NCBI GenBank assembly: GCA_041752695.1
Contig: JBGSVZ010000064.1
Coordinates: 1-53,843, forward strand
Source: Terrimicrobiaceae bacterium
Lineage (GTDB): Bacteria > Verrucomicrobiota > Verrucomicrobiia > Chthoniobacterales > Terrimicrobiaceae
Reading direction: 5' to 3'
Length of the DNA stretch: 53,843 bases
In this document: positions 1-9,417 of the stretch, piece by piece
Layout of the letters: each line of letters begins with the position of its first letter
Numbering within the stretch: the first letter of the stretch is position 1
Made by a program: the position numbers and the translations under genes
The notes under the pieces: generated by a model
The model's database searches: none
The model's input: the letters and a program-made list of their open reading frames with translations, nothing else
Told to the model about the DNA's origin: nothing

Positions 1-107
1 GCCAGCGCGCGCCCGACGGCCGCGCCGGAGCGCAGTGAGACCTCACGTTCCGCGCCCGGACCGCCCATCAGGACGGCAACTTTTTTTCCCTGGAGAATTC
101 CTTTCAT
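1..107 (-). CDS. ddl: D-alanine--D-alanine ligase, 5' part only (runs off window edge)
   Basis: Manual translation from ATG at 107: MKGILQGKKVAVLMGGPGAEREVSLRSGAAVGRAL, the Ddl N-terminal V.MGG.S.E.EVS..SG motif; ATGA overlap with the murC-murB stop. Confidence 0.9.
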   Translation of the reverse strand, partial: MKGILQGKKVAVLMGGPGAEREVSLRSGAAVGRAL

Positions 108-2389
108 GCGTCAATTCCAACAATTTGTACTTCGGTCTGAAGCTCGATGCCCCGCTCCCGCGCGGCGGCGGCTTTGATTTCTTCAATGAGGGTGAGGATT
201 TCCTCCGCCGTGGCTCCGCCGTCGTTGACGATGAAGTTGCCATGGACTTCGGAAACCCGCGCGTGCCCAACGACGAAGTTTTTGAAACCCAATTCGTCGA
301 TCAGTTTGCCGGCAGGAATTTCGGAGGGGTTCTTAAAAATACACCCCGCGCTGGCCGCGATGGGTTGGGATTCGCGGCGGTGGCGTTCGCTGTGGTCGAG
401 AAGCTTTTCGATGTCCTTGGTCTCGGTGGGCGTTCCGCGAAGGGTTGCGGAGAGCGCGTAGTTCTGCCGCAGGGTCGTAACATCGCGGTAATGCACCTCC
501 ATCTCGGCAGGTGTGCGGGTGAAGATGTTGCCATCCTGGTCGCAGTACCGCACGCGGACGACTTGCTCGAAGGTCTGTGCCCCCATCGCGCCCGCGTTCA
601 TGCGCAGCCCGCCGCCGAGGTTTCCGGGAATTCCCTCCATCCATTCGAAACCACCCAATCCGGCCTTCAGCGCGATGGTGGAAAGTTGCTTCAGCTTGAG
701 GCCCACACCCGCGGTGATCTCGTTGCCATTCACCTCGTGGCGCGCGAATTCGCCCTTGGAAAGATGCGCCACCACGCCGGGAATTCCGCCGTCGCGGACC
801 AGCAAATTCGAACCGCGGCCCATCACCATAAACGGGATATTTTCGTCGAAACAGTATTGCACCAGATCGGCAAACCCTTCCTCGGTTTCCGGCTCCGTCC
901 AGAACTGCGCCGGTCCGCCCACCCGCATTGTGGTGTGACGGGAGAGCGGTTCATGCAGACGGATGGAACCCGGCCCCATCACGCCGACCAGCTTGTCGCG
1001 CAGGACAAGGTCATTGACCAGCCGCGCGCCCGCCTCGTGAATGTTGCCCGCGCCCAGGCTCAAAATCAGATCACCGTCCCGAATCTCCGCGGCGCAGTCC
1101 TGATGGATCCGGCTGATCTCCGGCTGGAAAGCCGCACGGGGATGTCCATGCGCCCTCATGGCCTCAACTAGCGTCAGCCCGGAGACGCCGGCGATGGGCT
1201 TTTCGCTCGCAGGATAAACATCCGCAATAAAGACGGAATCGGCCTGGTCGAAAGCGCGGCCAAATTCCTCCCGGAGCGCCAGGGTGCGCGTGTAGCGATG
1301 GGGCTGAAACATCACCAGCACCCGCTGCCAGTCGCCCGTGCGCGCCGTGGCGATGGTGGCGGCAATTTCCGTCGGGTGATGACCATAGTCGTCCACCACT
1401 AAATTACGCGGGCTCTCGTGACGAATTTCAAACCGGCGGCGCGCCCCCCGGAAGAGCTCTAGGGCAAAGGCGATCTTATCGAAGGGAAGGCCGATCTCCG
1501 TGGCCAACGCGATGGCGGCAAGGGCGTTGTGCGCATTGTGCGCGCCGGGGATATTTAACTTCGCGTCGCCCAGTTTTTCGCCGTCCTTCCAAACTGTGAA
1601 ATGCGAGCAGAAATTTTTGGTGACGAGGTCGGTGACGCGATATCGGTTACCTTCCTGGTGCCCGTAACTGACCGCGCCAGGATGCGCGGCACACACCCGG
1701 GTCGCGCCCTCGTCGTCCCCGCAATACACGACCTTTCCGCGCGTCTGGGAAATCAACTTGGCATAAACAGCATCAATGGCCGCCAGGTCCTTGTAAAAAT
1801 CCAAATGCTCCGGCTCGATATTCAGAACGATGGCGTGCTCGGGGTGATAATTGATCAGCGTGCCGTCGCTCTCGTCCCCCTCGGCGACAAAAAACTCCCC
1901 CTCGGAATCCCAGCGGGCATTCGTGCCGAGGATGGGAATCTCCGCTCCGACATAGTGGGATGGTTTGAGACCGCCGAGACGCAGGACGTGTGCCGTCATG
2001 GACGACGTCGTGGTCTTGCCGTGCATGCCGCAAATCACCACGCCCTTCTTCGCGTTCATGATCGCAGCCAGCGCATCCGCCCTCCGCACCATGGGTAGCC
2101 CGAGCTCGCGGGCCTCATCATAGGCGATGTTGCCGGGCTTGATGGCGGAGGAATAAACAATCAGTTCCGCCTCGCGCGCCTCGCCCGCCTGGTGGGGACG
2201 GTTAAATTGCAGGCCCTTCTTTTTCAGTCGTTCGATCTCGACCGTTTCGGCCTTGTCCGACCCGCTCACGCGATGGCCCAGCGCCAAGACCAGCGCGGCA
2301 ATCCCGCTCATGCCAGAACCGGCCACACCGATGAGGTGAACTCGGCGCGGAGCCCCGGTCAGAAACTCGGTGAGGGTCGCCAGATTCAT
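104..2389 (-). CDS. murC: MurC-MurB fusion (UDP-MurNAc--L-Ala ligase + UDP-N-acetylenolpyruvoylglucosamine reductase)
   Basis: N-part: HLIGVAGSGMS, GMHGKTTT, EGDESD, DDYGHHPTE, FQPHRYTR (MurC); C-part from about aa 470: HTTMRVGGPA, GRGSNLL, GIPGNLGG..MNAGA, SAGCIFKNP, HGNFIVN (MurB); one continuous frame. Confidence 0.95.
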   Translation of the reverse strand: MNLATLTEFLTGAPRRVHLIGVAGSGMSGIAALVLALGHRVSGSDKAETVEIERLKKKGLQFNRPHQAGEAREAELIVYSSAIKPGNIAYDEARELGLPMVRRADALAAIMNAKKGVVICGMHGKTTTSSMTAHVLRLGGLKPSHYVGAEIPILGTNARWDSEGEFFVAEGDESDGTLINYHPEHAIVLNIEPEHLDFYKDLAAIDAVYAKLISQTRGKVVYCGDDEGATRVCAAHPGAVSYGHQEGNRYRVTDLVTKNFCSHFTVWKDGEKLGDAKLNIPGAHNAHNALAAIALATEIGLPFDKIAFALELFRGARRRFEIRHESPRNLVVDDYGHHPTEIAATIATARTGDWQRVLVMFQPHRYTRTLALREEFGRAFDQADSVFIADVYPASEKPIAGVSGLTLVEAMRAHGHPRAAFQPEISRIHQDCAAEIRDGDLILSLGAGNIHEAGARLVNDLVLRDKLVGVMGPGSIRLHEPLSRHTTMRVGGPAQFWTEPETEEGFADLVQYCFDENIPFMVMGRGSNLLVRDGGIPGVVAHLSKGEFARHEVNGNEITAGVGLKLKQLSTIALKAGLGGFEWMEGIPGNLGGGLRMNAGAMGAQTFEQVVRVRYCDQDGNIFTRTPAEMEVHYRDVTTLRQNYALSATLRGTPTETKDIEKLLDHSERHRRESQPIAASAGCIFKNPSEIPAGKLIDELGFKNFVVGHARVSEVHGNFIVNDGGATAEEILTLIEEIKAAAARERGIELQTEVQIVGIDA

Positions 2390-3507
2390 CCCCGATCTCC
2401 CTTCTCGGCCGCCTTCACGGCGCGCTCGATTTCGTCCGCAACGTTGCCCGCCGCATCGCGCGGTAACACGGCGCGGGCCGAGGCCGCCATCTGCTCGCGG
2501 CGACGGTCGTTGCCGAGCAAGTTGGAAATGAGGGCGGCGAACGCATCCGGGGTGATCTTTTCCTCCGGCTGCAGTTCGGCTGCCCCGGCATCGACAAAAA
2601 CTTTCGCGTTGTAGGTCTGATGGTCGTCCGTGGCAAACGGATACGGGATCAGAACCGACGGCAGTCCAAACTGCGAAAGCTCGCTCAAACTGGCCGCACC
2701 GGAGCGCGAAATGACCAGGTCCGCGGCGGAATACGCTTCCTCCATGCGGTGATGAAACGGCGCCACATAATGCGGAATTTCCTCCCGCTGATAGTTCGCT
2801 GCGGCCAGTTGGTCGTCACGCTCACCCGTGAGATGAATGATTTGCACCCCCTTGTCGCGCAGCAGTGGGGCGCATTTGAAGAGGATTTGGTTAATCCCCG
2901 ATGCTCCCTGGCTCCCCCCCATCACAAACAGGGTCGGACGTCCCGGCTCGAGTTTAAAAGCCGCCAGCGCCTCCGCCTTGGGCAGTGGCGAACCGAGATT
3001 GCGGCGAACCGGCGTTCCGGTGACCACCGTTTCGCGACCGGGAAAATTGGGCACACACGCCTCGAAACCAAGCAGCACCTTGGTGACAAACCGGGCCGCA
3101 AGTTTGTTGGCGCGGCCGGGAATGACATTCGACTCGTGGATAAACGTCGGCAGCTTTTGCCGCCATCCGGCCAGCAGAGGCGCGGTGGAGGTGAACCCAC
3201 CCATGCCCAGCACCACGGAGGGCCGGAATTTGCGGTAAACATTCCCGCAATGCCCGTAGCTCTCCCACGAACGGCGCAGAAAACGCACGAAGGCCGGAGA
3301 CAGCATGGACGGCATACCCACGGAGGGCAGTTTCTCGAAGCGAAAATCGGGATGAGACTGGAGCGCAACGCTGTCGATGGATTTTTCGGAAACGATGAGG
3401 AGGATCTCGTGTCCGCGCTCCTTCAGCGTCTCGGCCACGGCGAGGCCGGGAAACAAATGTCCCCCGGTGCCTCCACAGGCGATGACGGCGCGAAAAGGTT
3501 TGCTCAT
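2386..3507 (-). CDS. murG: Undecaprenyldiphospho-muramoylpentapeptide beta-N-acetylglucosaminyltransferase
   Basis: GGTGGHLFPG, HESN, GGSQGA, SRSGAASLSE motifs; start placed at ATG 3507, which overlaps the ftsW stop (ATGA). Confidence 0.95.
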   Translation of the reverse strand: MSKPFRAVIACGGTGGHLFPGLAVAETLKERGHEILLIVSEKSIDSVALQSHPDFRFEKLPSVGMPSMLSPAFVRFLRRSWESYGHCGNVYRKFRPSVVLGMGGFTSTAPLLAGWRQKLPTFIHESNVIPGRANKLAARFVTKVLLGFEACVPNFPGRETVVTGTPVRRNLGSPLPKAEALAAFKLEPGRPTLFVMGGSQGASGINQILFKCAPLLRDKGVQIIHLTGERDDQLAAANYQREEIPHYVAPFHHRMEEAYSAADLVISRSGAASLSELSQFGLPSVLIPYPFATDDHQTYNAKVFVDAGAAELQPEEKITPDAFAALISNLLGNDRRREQMAASARAVLPRDAAGNVADEIERAVKAAEKGDRG

Positions 3508-4643
3508 AGACGGCAGGAGTTTCGCACGCGGCGCAGGGCGGGGGAAACTCTTTCCACAAGAGGATTTCCGTGCCGGTGAATATTGATGAGAATACCGATC
3601 ATGAAATAACAAATGGCGAGATTCGAACCGCCGAAGCTAATAAAAGGCAGCGGCATGCCCTTGTTCGGGAGAAGGGCCGTGGTCACCCCAATATTCACGA
3701 CCGCTTGCAGGGTGACCATCATGACACAGCCAAAGCCCAACAGCATGCCAAAGCGGTCGCGCGCATTGGTGGCCACAATGCTTCCCGCCAGACAAATCAG
3801 AAGGTACCCGAGCACCGTCAGCAGGGTGAATTTGAGGCCCAGTTCCTCTCCGATCATGGGAAAAATAAAATCCGTGTGCGCGTAGGGGAGGTAGGACATT
3901 TTCTGGCGGCTCTCGCCCAGCCCCAGACCATCAAAGCCGCCTGAACCCATCGCAATCAACCCTTGGAGCTGTTGATAAAACTCGTCCGGATATCGGTCCG
4001 GGTACCAAAACGCCATCAGGCGGCCCAACCGTTCATCGATATGCATTGCACCGTAGAGCATCACCGCGAGACCGACCACGGCAATGAGTCCCAGCCAGCG
4101 TAAACTCGTGCCCGCCATAAACATAACGGTAATGCCCGTCGCCACGATCAAGGCGCTCGCGCCCAGATCGACCTCGCAGAGAATCGGCAGAACGAGGACT
4201 CCCAGAATGGCGAGCGGAAACGCCAACCCAAACCAGAAGGTTTGCGTTTTGTGTTCAAACTTGGAAAACCACCATGCCATGAAAAACAGCGATGCCACCT
4301 TGGCCATTTCACTCGGCTGAAACGTCGCCACCCCCAGGTTGATCCAGCGGCTTGAACCATTGAGTTTCATCCCGACTCCCGGCACAAAACAAAGGATGAG
4401 CAGAACAAACGCCCCGGCGAAAAAGAGCCACCATGTCTTGCGCCACCAACTATAATCAATGCACGCCGCGACAATTGCCCCCAGCGTCGCAATGCCCAGC
4501 CACATCCCCTGACGTTTGACGAAAAAATACATATCCCCCTTGCTCTCACTGGCAAACGCCCCTGTGCTGAAAAGCATGACCATGCCCAGGGCGGTCAGCC
4601 CGGCCACTGTCAGCAAAAGCACATAAATGGCGTTGCGATGCAT
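3504..4643 (-). CDS. ftsW: SEDS-family peptidoglycan polymerase FtsW
   Basis: Multi-TM; NGSSRWI, FQPSEMAK, LPYAHTDFIF..IGEELG, PNKGMPLPFISFGGS; directly upstream of murG. Confidence 0.93.
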   Translation of the reverse strand: MHRNAIYVLLLTVAGLTALGMVMLFSTGAFASESKGDMYFFVKRQGMWLGIATLGAIVAACIDYSWWRKTWWLFFAGAFVLLILCFVPGVGMKLNGSSRWINLGVATFQPSEMAKVASLFFMAWWFSKFEHKTQTFWFGLAFPLAILGVLVLPILCEVDLGASALIVATGITVMFMAGTSLRWLGLIAVVGLAVMLYGAMHIDERLGRLMAFWYPDRYPDEFYQQLQGLIAMGSGGFDGLGLGESRQKMSYLPYAHTDFIFPMIGEELGLKFTLLTVLGYLLICLAGSIVATNARDRFGMLLGFGCVMMVTLQAVVNIGVTTALLPNKGMPLPFISFGGSNLAICYFMIGILINIHRHGNPLVERVSPALRRVRNSCRL

Positions 4644-4724
4644 GGTGCGGTGGGAGTGCCATGGGCCGGGTGTCGAGTGCCAAGGGAATCCCCCCCTCGG
4701 CCCACGACCCCATGCCCTCGGCCC

Positions 4725-5555
4725 TTAATTTTTGGGAATCTTCAACTTCTGTCCGACCTGGACTTTGGTGGCGTCCTTGATGCCGTTAACGGAGAGCAAC
4801 TCGCTGTAACTCACGTGGAACTTTTTCGCGATGGTGTAGGGATTGTCACCCTTAGCCACGACATAGACATCGCCGGCGGGCGCGGGGGCTTTGATTTCAG
4901 CCGGTTTGGGCGGTGCGGCCTCTGCATTGCGAGACACCGCCGTGACCGTGCCGCCGGATTTTGCCGGGGGCGTTTCCGTTTTGGTGGCAAGAAAGGCCTC
5001 CTTCGTCGTCCCCGATTTCGGCGCTTCGGTTTTCGCCACCTTTTCCGTTCCCGGAATTTTCAGCACCTGACCGACCCGCAGAAGCGAATACGACGTGATC
5101 TCGTTTTCCTTCTCAATCAGACCGACGCTGATTTTGTAGCTTGAGGCAATATGCGTAAGGGTGTCGCCCGGCTCAACGGTGTGTGTCTTCCCCGTCCAAC
5201 CTTCGATGTGGGCTGGCTTCGCTGCGACCGGCTTGGGGGCAGCTTCCGTCTTGGCGGTGGGTTCGACCGTCTTTTCCGCGGCCGGCACCTTGGCCACCGG
5301 AGCGGTTTCCGGGCCCTGTTTGGTTTTCATCCAATTGAACGCAAAAACGCCGCCCACCGCGATGATATGAAGGATCAGCACGACAAAAAGCGCGTGGGTG
5401 AACTTCATGTTCGGTTCCTCCTCGGAGGCGTAGTCCTCCTCGTCATCGTAGGTTTCGTCAACGGTCGCAGCGCGGGCGCGGAGCGGGGCCGCCGAGGGAC
5501 GGGGCCGTTGCGGCGGCCGGCGGAGCGGCATTCTTACGGCTTTTTTCATTTTCAT
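4725..5555 (-). CDS. Membrane-anchored protein with two LysM domains
   Basis: Basic/acidic N-tail, one TM helix (ALFVVLILHIIAVGGVFAF), LysM repeats HTVEPGDTLTHIA..LRVGQVLKIP and YVVAKGDNPYTIAKK..VQVGQKLKIP; overlaps murD stop. Confidence 0.9.
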   Translation of the reverse strand: MKMKKAVRMPLRRPPQRPRPSAAPLRARAATVDETYDDEEDYASEEEPNMKFTHALFVVLILHIIAVGGVFAFNWMKTKQGPETAPVAKVPAAEKTVEPTAKTEAAPKPVAAKPAHIEGWTGKTHTVEPGDTLTHIASSYKISVGLIEKENEITSYSLLRVGQVLKIPGTEKVAKTEAPKSGTTKEAFLATKTETPPAKSGGTVTAVSRNAEAAPPKPAEIKAPAPAGDVYVVAKGDNPYTIAKKFHVSYSELLSVNGIKDATKVQVGQKLKIPKN

Positions 5556-6895
5556 GGCGTTTTCTCTTCCTGGGTTTTTGGAGTGAGGGATTTCACGGCG
5601 TCCTTGAAGCGGTTGCCCCGCTCGCCGTAGTTGCGAAACATGTCAAAAGAGGAGGTGCCGGGGGAAAACAACACTGTGTCGCCCGGGCCTGCCAGGTCAC
5701 GTGCGAGGGCCACCGCTTCTTCCAAAGTGGCCGCCAGATGGCAGGGCACCCCGGACCAGGAGCGGGCAATACGTTCCTTCATTTCGCCGATCAAAATGGC
5801 CTCGCGCACGCGCTCGCGGATCAGCGGGGCGATGGGGTCGAACTCAAATCCCTTGTCCTTGCCGCCCGCGATGAGCAACAACGGGCCCGTTTGGGACAGG
5901 ACGGCCTTTTCCACCGAATCGAGATTGGTGGCCTTGGAATCATTGACCCAGCGGACGCCAGCGAGCTCTTTCACAAACTCACAACGGTGAACGGGAGCGG
6001 TATATTCAGTCACCGCGCCCGCCATACGTTCGAAATCCAGACCCAGCGCCAGGCCAATGCCGAGCGCGGCCATGAGATTTTCCGCATTGTGGATCCCCGG
6101 CAGCTTTGTCGTGCTCTGGTCCAGCACGGGAGCGCCCTGGTAAAAAATCACTCCGTCGCGCAGGGTAAAATGCGCAGCGTCCGTGTAGGCGCTGAAGGTG
6201 ATCACGCGCGCGGCAAGGGGCGGCAGAGACTCGCGGGCATTGACCACCGCATAGTCATCAGGCGTCTGGTTGTCGAAAATCCGCAGCTTGGCGGTGCGGT
6301 ATTCCTCCACGTCCCGGTAACGGTCAAGATGGTTGGGGCTGAGATTCAGCCAGACGGCCACCTGCGGGCGGAACCGGGCAATCGTTTCGAGCTGAAACGA
6401 ACTCACCTCCAGCACCATCACATCGAGCTGATTGCTCTGCCGCACGGCCGTCGCAAAGGGCAGACCGATATTGCCGCTGGCCAGCGTGCGCACGCCGGAT
6501 CCTTGCAGCATCGCGGTGGTGAGTTCGGTCGTGGTGGTCTTCCCATTCGTCCCCGTAATGGCAACCACCGGGCAAACACATTCTTCAAATCCGAGTTCGA
6601 TCTCACCAATGACCGGGATCTTCTTCGCCAGCACGTTTTGCACGAGCGGTTCGACGGGGTCGATGCCGGGGCTCAGCACACAGACATCGTAGATGACGGG
6701 ATCCGTATCCGCCGCGGAACCGAGAAGCACCTTCACACCCTGCTCCGCCAGCCGGGCGGCTTTCTCATGCTGCCGCGGACCGTTGGAACTGTCGCAGACC
6801 GTCACCGCCGCGCCCTCTTCCGCAAGCAAGACGGCCGCGGCCTCGCCGCTATCGCCGAGCCCAAGCACAACTGCTGTTTTTCCCGAATAGATCAT
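5552..6895 (-). CDS. murD: UDP-N-acetylmuramoyl-L-alanine--D-glutamate ligase
   Basis: AITGTNGKTTT, EVSSFQL, NHLDRY, NDSKATN, GGKDKG, SPGTSSFDMF. Confidence 0.96.
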   Translation of the reverse strand: MIYSGKTAVVLGLGDSGEAAAVLLAEEGAAVTVCDSSNGPRQHEKAARLAEQGVKVLLGSAADTDPVIYDVCVLSPGIDPVEPLVQNVLAKKIPVIGEIELGFEECVCPVVAITGTNGKTTTTELTTAMLQGSGVRTLASGNIGLPFATAVRQSNQLDVMVLEVSSFQLETIARFRPQVAVWLNLSPNHLDRYRDVEEYRTAKLRIFDNQTPDDYAVVNARESLPPLAARVITFSAYTDAAHFTLRDGVIFYQGAPVLDQSTTKLPGIHNAENLMAALGIGLALGLDFERMAGAVTEYTAPVHRCEFVKELAGVRWVNDSKATNLDSVEKAVLSQTGPLLLIAGGKDKGFEFDPIAPLIRERVREAILIGEMKERIARSWSGVPCHLAATLEEAVALARDLAGPGDTVLFSPGTSSFDMFRNYGERGNRFKDAVKSLTPKTQEEKTP

Positions 6896-6931
6896 TCCAA
6901 AAGAGTGAAAGTGAAGGTGGAAAGGGGTGGT

Positions 6932-8062
6932 TTACCGGAGTTTCAAAGTGGCAAGGCCGAGCAGGGCGAAGAGAATCGACATGATCCAAAAACGGACGAT
7001 GACCGTATTTTCCTTCCACCCGCTAAGTTCAAAATGGTGATGGATGGGTGACATCTTGATGATGCGCTTTCCCGTAAGTTTGAAACTGGCCACCTGGAGA
7101 ATGACCGACATGGCCTCCATGACAAAAACGCCCCCGACAATGACCAGCAGAATTTCCTGTTTGCAGCAGATCGCGACCGCTCCGAGCATGCCGCCGATGG
7201 CGAGGGAACCGGTGTCGCCCATAAAGACCCGGGCCGGATACGCGTTCCACCAAAGGAACCCCAGACAGGCCCCGAGAAGCGCGCTGCACAGCACGCAAAG
7301 TTCGCCCGAAAGCTGCACGAAAGGAATTTGCAGATAATCCGCCGCCCGAAAGTTTCCCGCCAGATAAGCCAGCGCGGCATAAGCGGCCGCGACCGTGGCG
7401 GTGCATCCCGTGGCGAGTCCGTCGAGTCCATCGGTGAGATTCACCGCATTCGACGTGCCAACGATGACCAGGAGGTAAAAGATAAACGTAAACCCGCCGA
7501 ACCCAAGAACGATGGGGTCTTTGAAAAACGGGATGTAGAGATTTTTCGCCATTTTCGACAGCTCGGGATCGAGCAGGAAAAACGCGGTGAAGATTCCGGC
7601 CAGCACGCATTGCAACCCAAACTTCAGTCGGCTGCTAATACCCGCGGAGCTCTTTTTGCTGACTTTCAGCCAGTCGTCGTAGAACCCGATCGCGCCAAGG
7701 AACAGCATGCTGAAAAGCACCAGCCAGACAAACGGGTTGGATGGCATGGCCCAGAGCAGCGTCGAAATCAAAATCGAGCCAATAATGAGGAGACCCCCCA
7801 TCGTCGGTGTGCCCTTTTTCGCCCCATGCAATTCGAAGAGCTGGTTCACTTCCTCCTTCGTCCGGATGGGCTGGCCGAACTTCAGCGAGATCAATTTCCG
7901 GATCACCCAGTTGCCGCAGATGATCGAAATCAAAAACGCCGTTGCCGCCGCGCAGATGGAGCGGAAGGTGAGATATTTGAAGACGTTCATCGCCTTGAAA
8001 AACTCGCTGTCGAGCCCCGCTTTTTCCGCCCATTCGCTAAGGGTGTAGAGATAATAAAGCAT
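6932..8062 (-). CDS. mraY: Phospho-N-acetylmuramoyl-pentapeptide transferase
   Basis: KKGTPTMGG, NAVNLTDGLDGLA, FMGDTGS, PIHHHFEL. Confidence 0.97.
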   Translation of the reverse strand: MLYYLYTLSEWAEKAGLDSEFFKAMNVFKYLTFRSICAAATAFLISIICGNWVIRKLISLKFGQPIRTKEEVNQLFELHGAKKGTPTMGGLLIIGSILISTLLWAMPSNPFVWLVLFSMLFLGAIGFYDDWLKVSKKSSAGISSRLKFGLQCVLAGIFTAFFLLDPELSKMAKNLYIPFFKDPIVLGFGGFTFIFYLLVIVGTSNAVNLTDGLDGLATGCTATVAAAYAALAYLAGNFRAADYLQIPFVQLSGELCVLCSALLGACLGFLWWNAYPARVFMGDTGSLAIGGMLGAVAICCKQEILLVIVGGVFVMEAMSVILQVASFKLTGKRIIKMSPIHHHFELSGWKENTVIVRFWIMSILFALLGLATLKLR

Positions 8063-9417
8063 TAGAAATTTTCGATAACGCGTTCCATCCGGGCGGCGCG
8101 GCTTCCTTTGACCAAAACAACATCCCCTTCTCGCGCGATGCTGCGCAGCACGCCGGCCGCTTCCTCGGGAGAGGAGGTTTCGTGAATTTCCCTCAATCCG
8201 CCCGCGCGCGCGGTTTCTGTCAGCGGGACGGTTTCGGCGCCCACTGCAATCAGCAGATCAATGCCTTGCGCCGCGGCGCGGCCCACTTGTTGGTATCCCG
8301 CCGAGGCATGGGATCCCAGTTCACCCATGCGACCGAGAACGGCGATGCGGCGACCACCTACGGTCACCGATTTCAGCGTTTGCAGGGCCGCCTCCATCGA
8401 GTCCGGATTGGCGTTATACGAATCGTCCAGAATCGTAATCCCCCGAACGCTCCGGCGCGACAACCGTCCACCGGTCAGTCGCGAGGATGCCAGCCCTTCC
8501 GCACACTCCTCAAGGCTAAGTCCAAATTCCAGTCCGGCGGCCACAGCCAGCAGGGCGTTGCGCACCATATGTTCACCGGGCACGGGCAAACGAGCCGGCA
8601 AGGATTCCCCCTCCCAGTGCAAAACAAACCGGCAACCGTCCGCTTCAATTTGCAAATCCGATGCCGTCACGGTGCCACCGGACAGTCCGGCTTCGATGAC
8701 CTGGGCTTTGGTCCGGGATGCCAGAAAACCTTTGAACGCATCCTCCGCGGGAAGCACGACCGTGCCGCCCGGGCCAACGGCCTCCAGGAGCGCGCTTTTT
8801 TCCAAGGCGATGGCCTCGCGCGATCCCAGATATTCAATGTGAGCGACGCCAATGTTTGTGATGATGGCCAGATCCGGGCGCGCCAGATGGGCAAGCGGTG
8901 CAATTTCCCCGGGATGGTTCATCCCGATTTCCCAAACCGCGACATCGTCGGCCATCGACGCCGCGAGAATCGAAAGAGGGAGACCGATATGATTATTCAG
9001 ATTTCCCTCAGTTTTGATCACACGGAAACGTGCCGCCAAAACCGCCGCCGTGAATTCTTTCGTGCTGGTCTTGCCGCTGCTGCCGGTGATGCACGCCACC
9101 CTGAGGGCGAGCCGGTCGCGCCAGGCACCCGCCAGACGATGCAGCGCGGCCAGAGAATCTTCCACGATGATGACCGGAAACCCCGCCGGCAGGTCGGCGG
9201 GAGGTTTGTCGAGAATCGCTGCGGCCGCCCCCTTCGCTGCCGCGTCCCTGGCGTGCAGGTTGCCGTCGTGATTTTCCCCGCGCAGGGCCAGATATAAATC
9301 GCCCGGCACCAAGGTGCGGGTATCCTTGGAAATGCGGCGCACCGAGGTCGATCCCGCCGCGGCGCTCAACGTGCCTCCGCACATGTCGGCGATTTCCAAA
9401 AGGCTGAGCGCGTCCAT
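8062..9417 (-). CDS. murF: UDP-N-acetylmuramoyl-tripeptide--D-alanyl-D-alanine ligase
   Basis: ITGSSGKTSTKE, NLNNHIGLP, EIGMNHPGEI, DDSYNANP, KGSR. Confidence 0.95.
   Translation of the reverse strand: MDALSLLEIADMCGGTLSAAAGSTSVRRISKDTRTLVPGDLYLALRGENHDGNLHARDAAAKGAAAAILDKPPADLPAGFPVIIVEDSLAALHRLAGAWRDRLALRVACITGSSGKTSTKEFTAAVLAARFRVIKTEGNLNNHIGLPLSILAASMADDVAVWEIGMNHPGEIAPLAHLARPDLAIITNIGVAHIEYLGSREAIALEKSALLEAVGPGGTVVLPAEDAFKGFLASRTKAQVIEAGLSGGTVTASDLQIEADGCRFVLHWEGESLPARLPVPGEHMVRNALLAVAAGLEFGLSLEECAEGLASSRLTGGRLSRRSVRGITILDDSYNANPDSMEAALQTLKSVTVGGRRIAVLGRMGELGSHASAGYQQVGRAAAQGIDLLIAVGAETVPLTETARAGGLREIHETSSPEEAAGVLRSIAREGDVVLVKGSRAARMERVIENF

Noticed and set aside
4646..4661. Sigma54-like TGGCAC-N5-CCGCA (GG-N10-GC) before ftsW
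   Set aside because: Only 2 nt from the ATG; the TSS would fall inside the gene, and the -12 element is poor
6896..6931. Purine-rich GTGAA(A/G) run between mraY and murD
   Set aside because: Only about three degenerate units with no partner arm; too weak to call
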